Assembly (NCBI GenBank): GCA_944358415.1 | Contig: CALVRA010000002.1 | Coordinates: forward strand, 25,769 to 89,768 | Direction: 5' to 3' | Length of the DNA: 64,000 nucleotides | Source: an uncultured Bacilli bacterium | GTDB taxonomy: Bacteria > Bacillota_I > Bacilli_A > RF39 > UBA660 | Shown: positions 19,078 to 29,613 of the stretch, one piece after another | How positions within the stretch are numbered: position 1 is the stretch's first letter | Layout of the letters: each line of letters begins with the position of its first letter | The notes under the pieces: model-generated | Told to the model about the DNA's origin: nothing | The model's input: only the letters and a program-made list of their open reading frames with translations | The model's database searches: none | Made by a program: the position numbers and the translations under genes

Positions 19078-21204
19078 ATGGAGGAAAAGGTTTTAGAAAT
19101 AATTAATGGTCATAATAAAGCTTTAAGTTATGATGAGATATTAGAAAGATTAACTGATGAAGAAGTTCCTTATTTACCTGAGGTTTTAAGTAAGCTTATA
19201 AAAGACCTTAAGATTAGATATACTAATAAAGGTAAGTATGCGAAGTTTGATGATAAGTCACAGAAGATAGGTGTTTTTGCAGCAAATAGAAAAGGCTTTG
19301 GTTTTGTTATTATTGATGGTGAAGATAAAGATTATCATATTTCATCTGAAAATGTAAATGGAGCTATTGATGGTGATGAGGTCGTTATTAAAGTATTAGA
19401 TGAATCTAGACATGAGGCTAGTGTTTTGAGAGTTAATAAGCGTAATTTAAACAATTTATTAGTTGGGGAGTTTTATAAGAAAGGCGATAAGAATTTTCTT
19501 AAGTTAGATGATGATAAGTTAAATATTATTGTGGAAATTTTAGATGAGGATGCGAAAGGTGCGGTTAGTGGACATAAGGTTGTTGTTAAGATAGAAAATA
19601 AGGTTAACAATAGTAATTATTATCAAGGTAAAATTATACGTATTTTAGGACATAAGGATGATCCTGGAGTAGATATTTTATCTATAGCTGCAAGGTATCA
19701 GATTAGTGATATTTTTCCAGATGAGGTTATCAGTGAACTTAAAAATATTCCAGATGAAGTTAAAATAGAAGAACTTAAAGGAAGAAAAGATTTGACTAAT
19801 GAGGTTATATTTACGATCGATGGTGATGATACTAAGGACATTGATGATGCAATAAGTATTAAAAAATTGGATAATGGAAATTATTTACTTGGAGTACATA
19901 TTGCGGATGTGAGTCATTATGTTAAGGAAGGGACAGCTTTAGGAGATGAGGCTTATTTAAGAGGTACTAGTAGTTATTTGGCGGATACGGTTATTCCTAT
20001 GCTTCCTCATCAGCTTTCTAACGGCATTTGTTCACTTAATCCGAACGTGATTAGACTTACTTTATCATGTGTGATGGAGATTGATGATAAGGGTAAGCTT
20101 GTAAGTAGTGATATTTTTGAGAGTTATATTAAATCTAAAAAACAGATGACTTATAAAAATGTCAATAAGATTTTAAATGAGAATGTTATACCTTCTGGTT
20201 ATGAGGAGTTTGTTTCAGATTTAAAATTGATGGAGGAACTTTCTAAAATTATTAGAAAAAGTAAGATAGAGAAGGGTTATCTTGATTTTGATATTCCTGA
20301 GCCAAAGATTATTACTGATGAAAATGGCAAAGCTATAGATATTCAAAAAAGGATTCAAGATACTGGTGAGAATTTAATTGAAGATTTTATGATTATGGCG
20401 AATGAGACAGTGGCAACTACGATTGCTTATATGGATTTACCTTTTATTTACCGTGTACATGGACTTCCAGATGAAGAAAAGATTAGTAATTTTTTAAAGT
20501 TTGTCAATATTTTAGGATATAAGGTGAATGCGAATTTAAAGAATATTACACCTAAAACTATTCAAAATATTTTGAAACAGTTAAAGGATAAAAAAGAGTA
20601 TAATATTTTATCTTCAATGCTTTTAAGGAGTATGCAGAAAGCGGTATATGATAATGTGAATATTGGACACTTTGGTTTAGCTAGTAAATTTTATACACAT
20701 TTTACATCGCCAATTAGAAGGTTTCCAGATTTGACGGTTCATAGATTACTTAGAACGTATTTGTTTAATCACAATATTGATAATGGGGTTGTAGATTATT
20801 ATAATAGTACTTTACCAGAGGTGGCAAAGCATTCTTCTGAGAGGGAAATGGCGGCAACTCAATGTGAGCGAGATGTTGATGATATGAAGATGGCTGAGTA
20901 TATGGAAAGTCATATAGGAGAGGTTTATAAAGGTGTAATTAGTACGGTTACTAATTATGGAATTTATGTAGAACTTCCTAATTTGGTAGAGGGTATGATA
21001 AAGATTGATCAATTAGATGATGATTATTATTTCTATGACGAAAGTACTTTTAGTTTAGTTGGTAAAAGAAGTAAAAAAAGATATATGCTTGGTGAAAAAT
21101 TAGAGATTGTAGTTGATAGTGTAATTAAGGATAAGGGGCTTATTAATTTTAGATTAAATAAAGGTGAGAAAAATGGAAATAGTAAACAGGAAGGCGAAGT
21201 ATAA
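19078..21204 (+). CDS. rnr: ribonuclease R
   Basis: 708 aa. RNB-domain motifs (…[15 protein letters not shown]…, …[22 protein letters not shown]…). C-terminal S1 domain ([19 protein letters not shown]). Confidence 0.85.
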   Translation: MEEKVLEIINGHNKALSYDEILERLTDEEVPYLPEVLSKLIKDLKIRYTNKGKYAKFDDKSQKIGVFAANRKGFGFVIIDGEDKDYHISSENVNGAIDGDEVVIKVLDESRHEASVLRVNKRNLNNLLVGEFYKKGDKNFLKLDDDKLNIIVEILDEDAKGAVSGHKVVVKIENKVNNSNYYQGKIIRILGHKDDPGVDILSIAARYQISDIFPDEVISELKNIPDEVKIEELKGRKDLTNEVIFTIDGDDTKDIDDAISIKKLDNGNYLLGVHIADVSHYVKEGTALGDEAYLRGTSSYLADTVIPMLPHQLSNGICSLNPNVIRLTLSCVMEIDDKGKLVSSDIFESYIKSKKQMTYKNVNKILNENVIPSGYEEFVSDLKLMEELSKIIRKSKIEKGYLDFDIPEPKIITDENGKAIDIQKRIQDTGENLIEDFMIMANETVATTIAYMDLPFIYRVHGLPDEEKISNFLKFVNILGYKVNANLKNITPKTIQNILKQLKDKKEYNILSSMLLRSMQKAVYDNVNIGHFGLASKFYTHFTSPIRRFPDLTVHRLLRTYLFNHNIDNGVVDYYNSTLPEVAKHSSEREMAATQCERDVDDMKMAEYMESHIGEVYKGVISTVTNYGIYVELPNLVEGMIKIDQLDDDYYFYDESTFSLVGKRSKKRYMLGEKLEIVVDSVIKDKGLINFRLNKGEKNGNSKQEGEV

Positions 21205-21607
21205 TTATCAGATTTTTGAAACTATAGAGGCTGGAATTGTTTTAACTGGAACAGAGATTAAGTCTTTAAAAATGGGAAAAGCAAATATTAAGGATAGTTA
21301 TGCAAGAATAAAAAATAATGAGATTTTTCTTATAAATATGCATATAAGTAGTTATGAGAATGGAAATATTTTTAATCATGATGAAACTAGAGAAAGAAAG
21401 CTTTTGCTTCATAAAAAAGAAATTTTAAAGTTTAGAGACAAGATTAAATTAGAGGGTTATACAATAGTACCTTTAAAAGTTTATTTGAAAAATGGTAGGG
21501 CAAAGGTACTTATTGGTTTAGCTAAGGGTAAGAAAAATTATGATAAAAGAGAAGATATTAAGAAAAGGGATATTGAAAGAAGTATTAAAGCAAGGCTTAA
21601 AAGATGA
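21173..21607 (+). CDS. smpB: SsrA-binding protein SmpB
   Basis: Conserved [25 protein letters not shown]… Start taken at ATG 21173 with an aaaggtgag RBS; the ORF track starts at GTG 21164. Confidence 0.85.
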   Translation: MEIVNRKAKYNYQIFETIEAGIVLTGTEIKSLKMGKANIKDSYARIKNNEIFLINMHISSYENGNIFNHDETRERKLLLHKKEILKFRDKIKLEGYTIVPLKVYLKNGRAKVLIGLAKGKKNYDKREDIKKRDIERSIKARLKR

Positions 21608-21608
21608 T

Positions 21609-21637
21609 TTGTCATTAAAGCTTTTATGTGTTATAAT
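21609..21637 (+). promoter_or_regulatory. promoter of ssrA: TTGTCA, 17-nt spacer, extended -10 TGtTATAAT
   Basis: ttgtca at 21609-21614 and tataat at 21632-21637, preceded by tg at 21629-30. Overlaps the 3' end of smpB. Confidence 0.55.
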
Positions 21638-21655
21638 GTAAGAGCTTTATTAATT

Positions 21656-22007
21656 GGGCCCGCTTTTGGTTTCGACAGGAATATGGATGAATGGACTGCA
21701 AGTCGGAGTGACACGTTAAGTCTAAACTTAAATATAACTGGAAACAGAAATAATTACGTACCAGCATTTGCCTAAGATTGGCAAGGTACACTCTTTTAAT
21801 TCTTTTGCTTCCGAGGAATTTTAAGGGTTCGCTTTTAGGAAGATATATCATTATTTAGCCTAGGGGTAATGATGAATTTTATAGGCTTACTAATAAAATA
21901 GTTGTTAGTTACTAATTTTTATTAGGACAGTTTTTAACTAACTAAGCTTGTAGATGTTTATTTGGAAATATTTTTGGACAGGAGTTCAATTCTCCTCGGG
22001 TCCACCA
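21656..22007 (+). ncRNA. ssrA: tmRNA (transfer-messenger RNA, SsrA)
   Basis: 5' GGGCCCGC…GGTTTCGACAGG matches the conserved tRNA-like 5' half. 3' end GGACAGGAGTTCAATTCTCCTCGGGTCCACCA is a T-arm plus acceptor with CCA. An internal reading frame ends …AAT AAT TAC GTA CCA GCA TTT GCC TAA, giving a tag …NNYVPAFA*. Located directly after smpB. Confidence 0.85.
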
Positions 22008-22017
22008 ATTTGAAAAT

Positions 22018-22042
22018 AACCGTTGAAAATCAACGGTTTTAA
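22018..22042 (+). terminator. Rho-independent terminator after ssrA
   Basis: AACCGTTGAAAATCAACGGTTTT: a 7-bp perfect stem followed by a T-run. Confidence 0.6.
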
Positions 22043-22249
22043 TATGCTTAATTTATAAAGTTTTATTTGATTTTTTAAAATATGTTTAAAAAAATTATTC
22101 CAGTATACTGAAATAACTTTACAATTTTGAGGTGTGATAGTAGAATGAAAATGAAGTCTATTAGTGAAAATATATTATATATTACTAATAGAAATTATTT
22201 TGTGAGGTAAATAAATATTTAATGGATAATTAATTTTAAAGGTTAAGAG

Positions 22250-23002
22250 GTGGATATTTTGGATGAACTTTTTAATGTAAAAATAAATGTAATGGACGAT
22301 GTTGATTTAGATATAATAGCTTTGATAGAAGAAAAATGTACGAATGGTGAAAGTTTGAGTCAAGATGAAGTTGATTATTATTTAAGTTATGTAATATATC
22401 AGACTAGAGCTTTACTTTCTTTAAAAAAATTTAAAGAAGTTAGTGATTATAATTATAGTTTTATGTGTGATACAGCACAGTCTATAATTGCGAGATATTT
22501 TGATAGGTTAAATATTAGTTATAAACCTGTAGAAACTGGAAAAGCTATTAGTGAAGATATTTTAGGTCATAGTTTTTTGACTGTGGATTTTAATTTATTA
22601 GGTGATGAAAAAAGTTATCTTTTAGATCCAACTTTTAATCAATTTTTTGATAAAGAAAAGTGTACAAAAGATAATTTTAAAATGATTAATGGTTTACTTG
22701 TTAAAACACCTGATTTAGGATATTTCGTTTTGAATGAAGATTTAGATATTATTAAAAATTTAATGGCTTTTGGATATATGGAATTAACTGAAGAGAATGC
22801 GAAAATTTATGGTGATTTATTTTATAAAACAAAGTTAGGTCATATTAATTATTTTAATTCTAAGTTAGAGATGAATGGTAAGATTTATATTAAAGGGTTT
22901 AAAAATTCACCATTTAAATTATCTTATACTTATGATGAGTTAAAGGCTTTAGGTATTGCTTTGGAGCCTATTTGTAAAAATAATTTAAAAAAAATAGTAT
23001 AA
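22250..23002 (+). CDS. hypothetical protein
   Basis: 250-aa ORF with coding-like composition and no recognisable motifs. First gene after ssrA. Confidence 0.35.
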   Translation: MDILDELFNVKINVMDDVDLDIIALIEEKCTNGESLSQDEVDYYLSYVIYQTRALLSLKKFKEVSDYNYSFMCDTAQSIIARYFDRLNISYKPVETGKAISEDILGHSFLTVDFNLLGDEKSYLLDPTFNQFFDKEKCTKDNFKMINGLLVKTPDLGYFVLNEDLDIIKNLMAFGYMELTEENAKIYGDLFYKTKLGHINYFNSKLEMNGKIYIKGFKNSPFKLSYTYDELKALGIALEPICKNNLKKIV

Positions 23003-23028
23003 ATTTTAGATAACTTTCCACAATATAA

Positions 23029-23766
23029 TTGAGGAGGGAAGTTATGAAAAAAGCGTTATGTTTACTTTTGGCCATTGGTTTATTTACTGGTTGTAGCTGC
23101 ACTGCTAATATGGGAAATACACCAACTAAAAAAGTAGAAGAGTATTTAAATAAGTATCAGACAAATGATGATGATGTTGTTAGTGATTTGAATGATGTTT
23201 TAACTAATGATGTGACACTAACTGATGATGAGCGAGTTAGTTATAGTGATTTTATGAAAACACATTATCAGGATATGCAATATGAGATTAAAGATGAAAC
23301 TATAGATGGTGATAGTGCGACAGTTACAGCAGAAGTTACGGTTAGAAATTATGCGGATGCGATTAATGAAGCTAACAATTATAGATTAAATAATGCAGAT
23401 GAGTTTACTGATACTAATACGTTTGCTAATTATAGGCTTGATAGATTAAAGGAAGTAACTAATACAGAAACTTATACCATTACTTTTTATTTAAATAAAG
23501 AAGATGATGAGTGGAAAATTGAAAACTTAACGGACGATGATTTAAGAAAATTAAGCGGTATGTATGGAGTTACTAATGTTAATACGACAGATGATATTAA
23601 TGGTACAGCCGATAATACAACTGATAATAATGAAACTGATGATACTGAAGGAGTAGATGATTCTAGTGATGGTTTAATTGGAGATGCAATAGATGATATA
23701 GCAGATGATATGACTGATAATAATTCTTCAGATAATAATTCAGATAGTAAAACTACCACTCCATAA
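23029..23766 (+). CDS. lipoprotein with an acidic Asp/Thr/Asn-rich C-terminal tail
   Basis: Lipobox LFTGCSC. C-terminal ~80 aa are low-complexity D/T/N-rich. Confidence 0.45.
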   Translation: MRREVMKKALCLLLAIGLFTGCSCTANMGNTPTKKVEEYLNKYQTNDDDVVSDLNDVLTNDVTLTDDERVSYSDFMKTHYQDMQYEIKDETIDGDSATVTAEVTVRNYADAINEANNYRLNNADEFTDTNTFANYRLDRLKEVTNTETYTITFYLNKEDDEWKIENLTDDDLRKLSGMYGVTNVNTTDDINGTADNTTDNNETDDTEGVDDSSDGLIGDAIDDIADDMTDNNSSDNNSDSKTTTP

Positions 23767-23990
23767 ATGTAGATTAATTTCTACATTTTTTTACGTTATT
23801 TTGTTTTTTTGCAAATTTTTATATAAATTTAACGATATTTCCGCAAAATGGATTAAAAAAATGTATAAAAACACTTTGTTTACATATAATGTAATAGAAA
23901 ATATATAATAATTATATAATTTTAATATAAAAATACTTGACAAATTATATTAAAATTGGCATATTTATTAACAGAAAAGGAGATGATATT

Positions 23991-24305
23991 ATGTCTAATC
24001 TAACAACTTCTATAAGTGTTCAAATTGATAAAGAAGATAAAGAACAAGCAACAGCAATACTTCAAAAATTAGGTGTTAGTATGAGTGGTTTAATAAATAT
24101 GACTATTAAACAATTAATAATGCGTGGTAGAATACCTTTTGACGTATCTATACCTAAAGAAGATCTTGAATTATATCAATATTTTACTAAAGACGAGTTA
24201 GAAAAAGCAGCAAAAGAACTTGCTTATATAGAAAAACATCCTAAAGAATATAAAGGTTTTGATAATATAGAAGATTTAAAAGAGGCGTTATTATCCAATG
24301 AATAG
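23991..24305 (+). CDS. type II antitoxin, DinJ/RelB family
   Basis: MSNLTTSISVQIDKEDKEQATAILQKLGVSMSGLINMTIKQLI… has the DinJ-like N-terminal ribbon-helix-helix fold. ATG at 23991 with an aaaaggag RBS. Overlaps the downstream toxin gene by 8 nt. Confidence 0.7.
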   Translation: MSNLTTSISVQIDKEDKEQATAILQKLGVSMSGLINMTIKQLIMRGRIPFDVSIPKEDLELYQYFTKDELEKAAKELAYIEKHPKEYKGFDNIEDLKEALLSNE

Positions 24306-24588
24306 TTATGAGATAAAATATTCAAAAGAATTTAAAAAATCACTAAAAAAAATAATGAAACAAGGCAAAAATATTGATACATTATTAAATGTAGTAGATA
24401 TGCTTTCAAAAAAACAACAATTAGATTCTAAATATAGAGATCATCAACTATACACTGACAAGAGATTTAAAGGTTGTAGGGACTATCATATCGAGCCTGA
24501 CTGGATACTTATATATAAATATTTAGAAGACGAAATTGTTTTGTTGTTAGTAAATACTGGTAGTCATAGCGAAGTGTTAAATAAATAG
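24298..24588 (+). CDS. type II toxin, YafQ/RelE family mRNA interferase
   Basis: 96 aa. …YRDHQLYTDKRFKGCRDYHIEPDWILIYKY…LLLVNTGSHSEVL matches the YafQ family (…H.L.G….R.CHI.PDWLLIY…L.L.RTGSHS.LF). Confidence 0.75.
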   Translation: MNSYEIKYSKEFKKSLKKIMKQGKNIDTLLNVVDMLSKKQQLDSKYRDHQLYTDKRFKGCRDYHIEPDWILIYKYLEDEIVLLLVNTGSHSEVLNK

Positions 24589-24864
24589 TGACACTTCTTT
24601 TTTTATAATTTTATAAAATAAAAAAAGGACAATAAATAAGCATTTGTGTCCAATAATATAACTTTGTGAACACATTTTTTTAGCACTTTCCAAAATTTAA
24701 CAAAGTAATATTTTATTCAATATTTTTTATTAATTCTAAAGGAAATTGGTTTTGAATTTTTAAATATTATTCTCCAGCAGTAGACAATTTTTTAGTCACA
24801 TATATATAATAATAAGTGGACATATTTGTTCATTTTTTTGTATATAATTTTTTAGGTGGTGTAT

Positions 24865-25932
24865 ATGAAGAAGTTATTTTTAATACTCCTTTTATTTTTA
24901 CCTTTTAAAGTTTTTGGATATTCTACTAGTGCGAAGTCGGCTATTTTAATGGATATGGATAGTGGTAGGGTTATTTATGGTAAGGATGTTCATTATGTTC
25001 AAAGTGTGGCTTCTATTTCAAAGATTATGACGGCTATTATTGCGATAGAAAATGGTGATATTGATAAGGAAGTTGTCATTGGAAAAGAGGTTTTAAAGGC
25101 TTATGGATCTGGAATATATGTTCAAATTGGGGAGAAAATGAAGTTAAAAGATTTACTTTATGGGCTTATGCTTAGAAGTGGGAATGATGCGGCTTTAGCT
25201 ATTTCAGTTAATGTGGCTGGGAATGTAGATAGTTTTGTTAAAATGATGAATGAAAAGGCTAAGGAAATAGGGATGAAAAATACGACTTTTAATAATCCTA
25301 GTGGTTTAGATGAGGAAAAGGGCAATTTTTCTTCGGCTTATGATATGGCTTTGCTTATGAGTTATGCAATGAAAAATGAGGAGTTTAGGAAGATTGTAGG
25401 GACTAAAGATTATAGTTTAAAAACTAATAAAAATGTGTATAAATGGCATAATAAGAACAAATTACTTTCAAGTTATAAATATACAATAGGAGGTAAGACT
25501 GGATTTACTAAAATAGCTAAAAGGACACTAGTGACAAGCGCTTCTAAGGATGATATGAATTTGACAGTAGTGACTATTAATGATGGAGATGATTTTAATG
25601 ATCATAAAAATTTATATGAGGAGGCTTTTAGTGAATATAATTCATATACGCTTTTAAATAAAGGTGAGGTTAGGATAATTGGTGAGAATTATTATACTGA
25701 TGATAAACTTTATTTAAAAAATGATTTTAAGTATTTACTTAGAGAGAATGAAGAAGATATTTTAAAGTTAAAGTATGAGGTTAATAAGATGAGAAAATAC
25801 AAAAGTGGTGATAAGGTTGGAGTAGTAAAAGTTTATTTGGGGGATAAATGTATAGGCGAAGAGAATATTTATGTTAAAAAGGGAAATAAAAAAAAGAGTT
25901 TTTGGGATAAGTTTATGGAGTTATTTAAATGA
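24865..25932 (+). CDS. dacB: D-alanyl-D-alanine carboxypeptidase (PBP5* / DacB-like, sporulation-type)
   Basis: SxxK (ASISKIM), SxN (RSGND) and KTG (GGKTGFT) motifs. Signal peptide present. Followed by spmA-spmB, as in the Bacillus dacB operon. Confidence 0.75.
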   Translation: MKKLFLILLLFLPFKVFGYSTSAKSAILMDMDSGRVIYGKDVHYVQSVASISKIMTAIIAIENGDIDKEVVIGKEVLKAYGSGIYVQIGEKMKLKDLLYGLMLRSGNDAALAISVNVAGNVDSFVKMMNEKAKEIGMKNTTFNNPSGLDEEKGNFSSAYDMALLMSYAMKNEEFRKIVGTKDYSLKTNKNVYKWHNKNKLLSSYKYTIGGKTGFTKIAKRTLVTSASKDDMNLTVVTINDGDDFNDHKNLYEEAFSEYNSYTLLNKGEVRIIGENYYTDDKLYLKNDFKYLLRENEEDILKLKYEVNKMRKYKSGDKVGVVKVYLGDKCIGEENIYVKKGNKKKSFWDKFMELFK

Positions 25933-26510
25933 TTAATAAACTTTGGGTAGGACTTATTGTAATTGGATCTTTATGTTTACTTTTGACAGGGAAGGCGGAT
26001 GTTTTAAATGCCCAAATTTTATCTAGTGGTAAGGCTACTTTGGAACTTGTGATGCAGATTTTTCCTTTGATGAGTTTATGGCTTGGAATTATGAATATAG
26101 CTAGGGAGTCTGGTTTATTATTTAAGGTTTCAAAGTTTATTTCTCCTTTGCTTCATAAAATTTTTCCAGAAATTCCAAAGAATCATGAAGCTTTCGGTTT
26201 TATTTCTTCTAATATACTTTCTAATATGTTTGGACTTGGTAATGCTGCAACGCCTTTTGGATTAAAGGCTATGGAGTCTTTACAAAAGTTGAATAATAAT
26301 AAAAAAGAGGCAAGCAGGAGTATGATTACTTTTTTAATTATTAATACTTGTGGACTTTGTGTTATTCCGACAACAATTATTTCACTTAGGATGCTTTATG
26401 ATAGTAAAGATGCTTCTTTTATTGCGGTACCTTGTTTAATTATTAGTTTTATTTCACTCATATTTGGGCTTATTTTAGACAGGATTTTTAGTAGGAGGTA
26501 TCACAAGTGA
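25929..26510 (+). CDS. spmA: spore maturation protein A (nucleoside-recognition-domain membrane protein)
   Basis: 193-aa polytopic membrane protein directly downstream of dacB. Overlaps the next gene, as in dacB-spmA-spmB operons. Confidence 0.6.
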   Translation: MINKLWVGLIVIGSLCLLLTGKADVLNAQILSSGKATLELVMQIFPLMSLWLGIMNIARESGLLFKVSKFISPLLHKIFPEIPKNHEAFGFISSNILSNMFGLGNAATPFGLKAMESLQKLNNNKKEASRSMITFLIINTCGLCVIPTTIISLRMLYDSKDASFIAVPCLIISFISLIFGLILDRIFSRRYHK

Positions 26511-27025
26511 CTACCATTTCTAGTATGTTTATTCCTATTATTGTTTTAGTAGTTATTAGTTATGGCGTTTTTCGAAAAATCAATGTTTATGATAGTTTTA
26601 TTAATGGGGCAAAGGAAGGACTTCCAATGACTATTTCAATGTTTTTTTCATTATTGGCAATGATTTTTGGGGTGAATATATTTTTAAATAGTGGAATCAT
26701 TGATTACTTTTTTGATTTTTTGAAACCTATTTTAGTTTTATTACATATTCCTGTAGAAGTTTTACCTATCGCAATTATGAGGCCATTTTCTGGAAGTTTT
26801 GGGCTTGCTTTGCTTAATGATCTTTATAAGGTGTATGGGCCAGATAGTTTAATTAGTGTTTTGGCTTCAGTTATTCAAGGTTCTAGTGATACAACAATAT
26901 ATATTATAACTTTATATTTTGGAACTATTGGGATTAAGAAAATTAAATATGCTTTATGGGTAGGATTACTTACTGATTTATTTATGGTTATAGTGGCTTT
27001 GGTTATTGTTCCCTTGTTTTTTTAA
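26507..27025 (+). CDS. spmB: spore maturation protein B
   Basis: 172-aa membrane protein that follows spmA with a 4-nt overlap. Confidence 0.6.
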   Translation: MTTISSMFIPIIVLVVISYGVFRKINVYDSFINGAKEGLPMTISMFFSLLAMIFGVNIFLNSGIIDYFFDFLKPILVLLHIPVEVLPIAIMRPFSGSFGLALLNDLYKVYGPDSLISVLASVIQGSSDTTIYIITLYFGTIGIKKIKYALWVGLLTDLFMVIVALVIVPLFF

Positions 27026-27059
27026 GGTTTATTTTGTATAATTTTGATAGGTGATTTAT

Positions 27060-27776
27060 GTGGAAAGATTACAAAAAATTATTGCGAATAGTGGATACTG
27101 TTCTAGGAGAAAAGCTGAAGAGCTTATTTTAAGTGGTAAGGTAAAAGTGAATGGCGTGACTATTAATACTTTAGGGAGCAGGGCTAGTTATAGTGATACG
27201 ATTGTTATTAATGGTGTTACTTTGAAAAGCGAGAGTAAAGAATATATTTTACTTTATAAGCCTAGAGGTGTGGTTTCAAGTGTGAGCGATGAGAAAGGTA
27301 GGAAAACTGTAGTAGATATTGTGGAAAGTAAAAATAGATTATATCCGGTTGGAAGACTTGATTATGATACTAGTGGCCTTTTAATACTTACTAATGATGG
27401 TGAACTTACGAATTTACTTATTCATCCATCACACGAAGTAGAGAAGGTTTATATTGTAAAAGTAGATGAAATTGTTAATCCTAGTTTAGTTAAATCTTTA
27501 GAGAAAGGTGTTATTATAGGTGGTAAGAAAACTGGAAGAGCGAGGGTTAAGATAAAAAAAATAGATAAAAAGAAAAAAAGTTCATTAATAGAACTTACAA
27601 TTTATGAGGGAAGAAATCATCAAGTTAAGAAAATGTTTGAAGCTATTGGTTATAAGGTTTCTAAACTTAAAAGAGAAAGATTTTCATTTCTTACTTTAGA
27701 TGGTCTTTCATCTGGTGAATATAGACATTTAAATATTAAAGAAGTTAAAAAATTATATGCGATAGCTAAGAAATAG
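27060..27776 (+). CDS. rluB: 23S rRNA pseudouridine synthase, RluB/RsuA family (S4 domain plus PsuS catalytic domain)
   Basis: N-terminal S4 domain (ERLQKIIANSGYCSRRKAEELILSGKVKVNG). Catalytic core …YKPRGVVSS…GRLDYDTSGLLILTNDGEL… Probable GTG start at 27060 with an aggtga RBS. Confidence 0.75.
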   Translation: MERLQKIIANSGYCSRRKAEELILSGKVKVNGVTINTLGSRASYSDTIVINGVTLKSESKEYILLYKPRGVVSSVSDEKGRKTVVDIVESKNRLYPVGRLDYDTSGLLILTNDGELTNLLIHPSHEVEKVYIVKVDEIVNPSLVKSLEKGVIIGGKKTGRARVKIKKIDKKKKSSLIELTIYEGRNHQVKKMFEAIGYKVSKLKRERFSFLTLDGLSSGEYRHLNIKEVKKLYAIAKK

Positions 27777-28529
27777 CTATTTTTTAATTTTTATTTTTAT
27801 TAATTTGTGATCGCTAAAACTGTTATCAATAACATCTACACTTTCAATAATAAAGTCTTTCCAAATGAATATATGGTCTGGGGTTTTAAAATTATATGAT
27901 ATTTTGAATGGGTTTACTGGTGGTTTAAATGTTCTTTCATTAATTGGAACTAATTTACAGTTTTTTGTTTGCATGTATTTTACAAATTCTTGGAAATTTT
28001 CGTTTTCGGTGTTAAAGTTAAAATCACCAGTTAGAATAATTGGGTAATTATTATTTAGTTCGATGATTTGTTTTAAATAAGTTAACTGTGTTTTTCGTCC
28101 AATATTAGTTAGATGGTCAAGATGAGTGTTTATAACTGTAAAGTTTTGATTTTCTTTGTTTATGGTTGTTACTGTGGCAATTCTAGGAAATATTGAAAGA
28201 AAACTTCTTTTACCTATTTGATTTAAATTTTTGGATAAGGAGTAAGTTTTTGTGCTTAAGATATTTAAGCTGGTTATGATTCCATTTTTTTCACCAAAGT
28301 GTGAGTACCATATACTTTTTTTGGAAAATCTGTTTTGACCGGTAAAATGATAGGTTGGAATAAATGTTTTAAGTTTGTTTTCATAGGCGTCTGTGATTTC
28401 TTGTATGGTGATGACGTCTGGTTTTTCTTTATCAATAATGGATGCGAAAAGTTGGGTGTTTTGATTACCATCATAGTGTTTTTTTAACACTTTATTTTGA
28501 ATATTAAGATTTATGATTTTTAATTCCAT
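27777..28529 (-). CDS. endonuclease/exonuclease/phosphatase (EEP) family protein
   Basis: …VITIQEITD… near the N-terminus, …ILTGDFNF…, and SDHKLIKIKI at the C-terminus match EEP-fold conserved blocks. Confidence 0.6.
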   Translation of the reverse strand: MELKIINLNIQNKVLKKHYDGNQNTQLFASIIDKEKPDVITIQEITDAYENKLKTFIPTYHFTGQNRFSKKSIWYSHFGEKNGIITSLNILSTKTYSLSKNLNQIGKRSFLSIFPRIATVTTINKENQNFTVINTHLDHLTNIGRKTQLTYLKQIIELNNNYPIILTGDFNFNTENENFQEFVKYMQTKNCKLVPINERTFKPPVNPFKISYNFKTPDHIFIWKDFIIESVDVIDNSFSDHKLIKIKIKK

Positions 28530-28550
28530 ATTTTTAAAAAGAAGAAAATT

Positions 28551-28736
28551 TTAACTATTTTCTTCATCAATTTCAATAGCTTCTGTTGGACAACTTTCAG
28601 CAGCCATTTTAACATCATCATTTACTTCGTTTTTGATTACTTTGGCCAATCCATCGTCATCAAAATCAAATACTTCTGGGGCAGTTGCGGTGCATGCACC
28701 ACAGCCAATACATTTATCTTTATTTACTTTTATCAT
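28551..28736 (-). CDS. 4Fe-4S ferredoxin (small, single cluster)
   Basis: MIKVNKDKCIGCGACTATAPEVF…AAESCPTEAIEI has a CxxCxxC…CP cluster motif. ATG at 28736 with a ggaggt RBS. The longer track ORF 28551..28802 probably overextends. Confidence 0.7.
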   Translation of the reverse strand: MIKVNKDKCIGCGACTATAPEVFDFDDDGLAKVIKNEVNDDVKMAAESCPTEAIEIDEENS

Positions 28737-28836
28737 TTTGATACCTCCATAGAAATTATAAATAAATTTTAAAAAAAAAGCAAGGCTTTTAAAATGTGAC
28801 AAAATATGATATTATTAATAATAAGAGGTGGTATTG

Positions 28837-29613
28837 GTGGCATCAAGAATGGAGAGGTATTATAAAAAAAGTACGAGTGGTGCATCAAGGACTAAAAGGA
28901 ATACGAGACTTTATAATAGTATTTATTCTTATGGCAAATATAGTAATATTGAGGGAATTGCTGAGATTGATGGAACTAATGAGATAGATATTACTAAGGT
29001 TAAACAAATGCTTGAGACTAGAGAGAAGTATCAAGCTGAGAGAAAATATAGAAGGCTTACTAATGAGGAAAAAATTGAAGAGGTACCGTTAAAACGTAAG
29101 AGATATGATGAAGAAGAGCGAACTTATGATATTATGGATGTATTATCAAAAGCAAAACAAAATAAAGAACCTGATGATAAAGAGAGAGTACTTAGTAAAA
29201 CTAGTTATGATGTTTTAAACAATCTTAATTTAAAGAAAGGCCATAGTAAATTTTATTCAGATGATGATGATATGGTTCAGACTATTTCTAGTACGCATGC
29301 ACTTAATGAGTTAAATGATGCAGATTTGGCAGCTGATATGTTTAGTGAGTTGCAAGGTCATAATGAAAATACACAAGTTGGTAATTTAAGTGATATTAAA
29401 CCTTTTATTAACAAAAGTAAAAGAGATGATAATGATGGAACGATGGATAGTACATTTTTTACTTCTAGTTTGAAATTTAAGAAAAAAGATTTTTTGGATA
29501 ATGATGAAAAGGGAAAAGGTTCTATTTTTAAAACTATTTTTGTAACGATACTGGTTTTAGGAGTTATCGCACTTATTGCATTTTTTGTGGAACAAAAGTT
29601 AGGTCTTTTTTAA
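28837..29613 (+). CDS. hypothetical protein with a C-terminal TM anchor
   Basis: ~258-aa charged protein ending in a hydrophobic helix. No recognised domain. Start uncertain (GTG 28837 or ATG 28849). Confidence 0.3.
   Translation: MASRMERYYKKSTSGASRTKRNTRLYNSIYSYGKYSNIEGIAEIDGTNEIDITKVKQMLETREKYQAERKYRRLTNEEKIEEVPLKRKRYDEEERTYDIMDVLSKAKQNKEPDDKERVLSKTSYDVLNNLNLKKGHSKFYSDDDDMVQTISSTHALNELNDADLAADMFSELQGHNENTQVGNLSDIKPFINKSKRDDNDGTMDSTFFTSSLKFKKKDFLDNDEKGKGSIFKTIFVTILVLGVIALIAFFVEQKLGLF

Noticed and set aside
21624-21851. 75-aa minus-strand ORF overlapping tmRNA
   Set aside because: The region is a structured RNA gene (ssrA). The ORF is spurious.
22008-24600. ssrA-3' integrated island with flanking attL/attR
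   Set aside because: No direct repeat of the tmRNA 3' terminus found downstream and no integrase gene. Kept only as a low-confidence finding.
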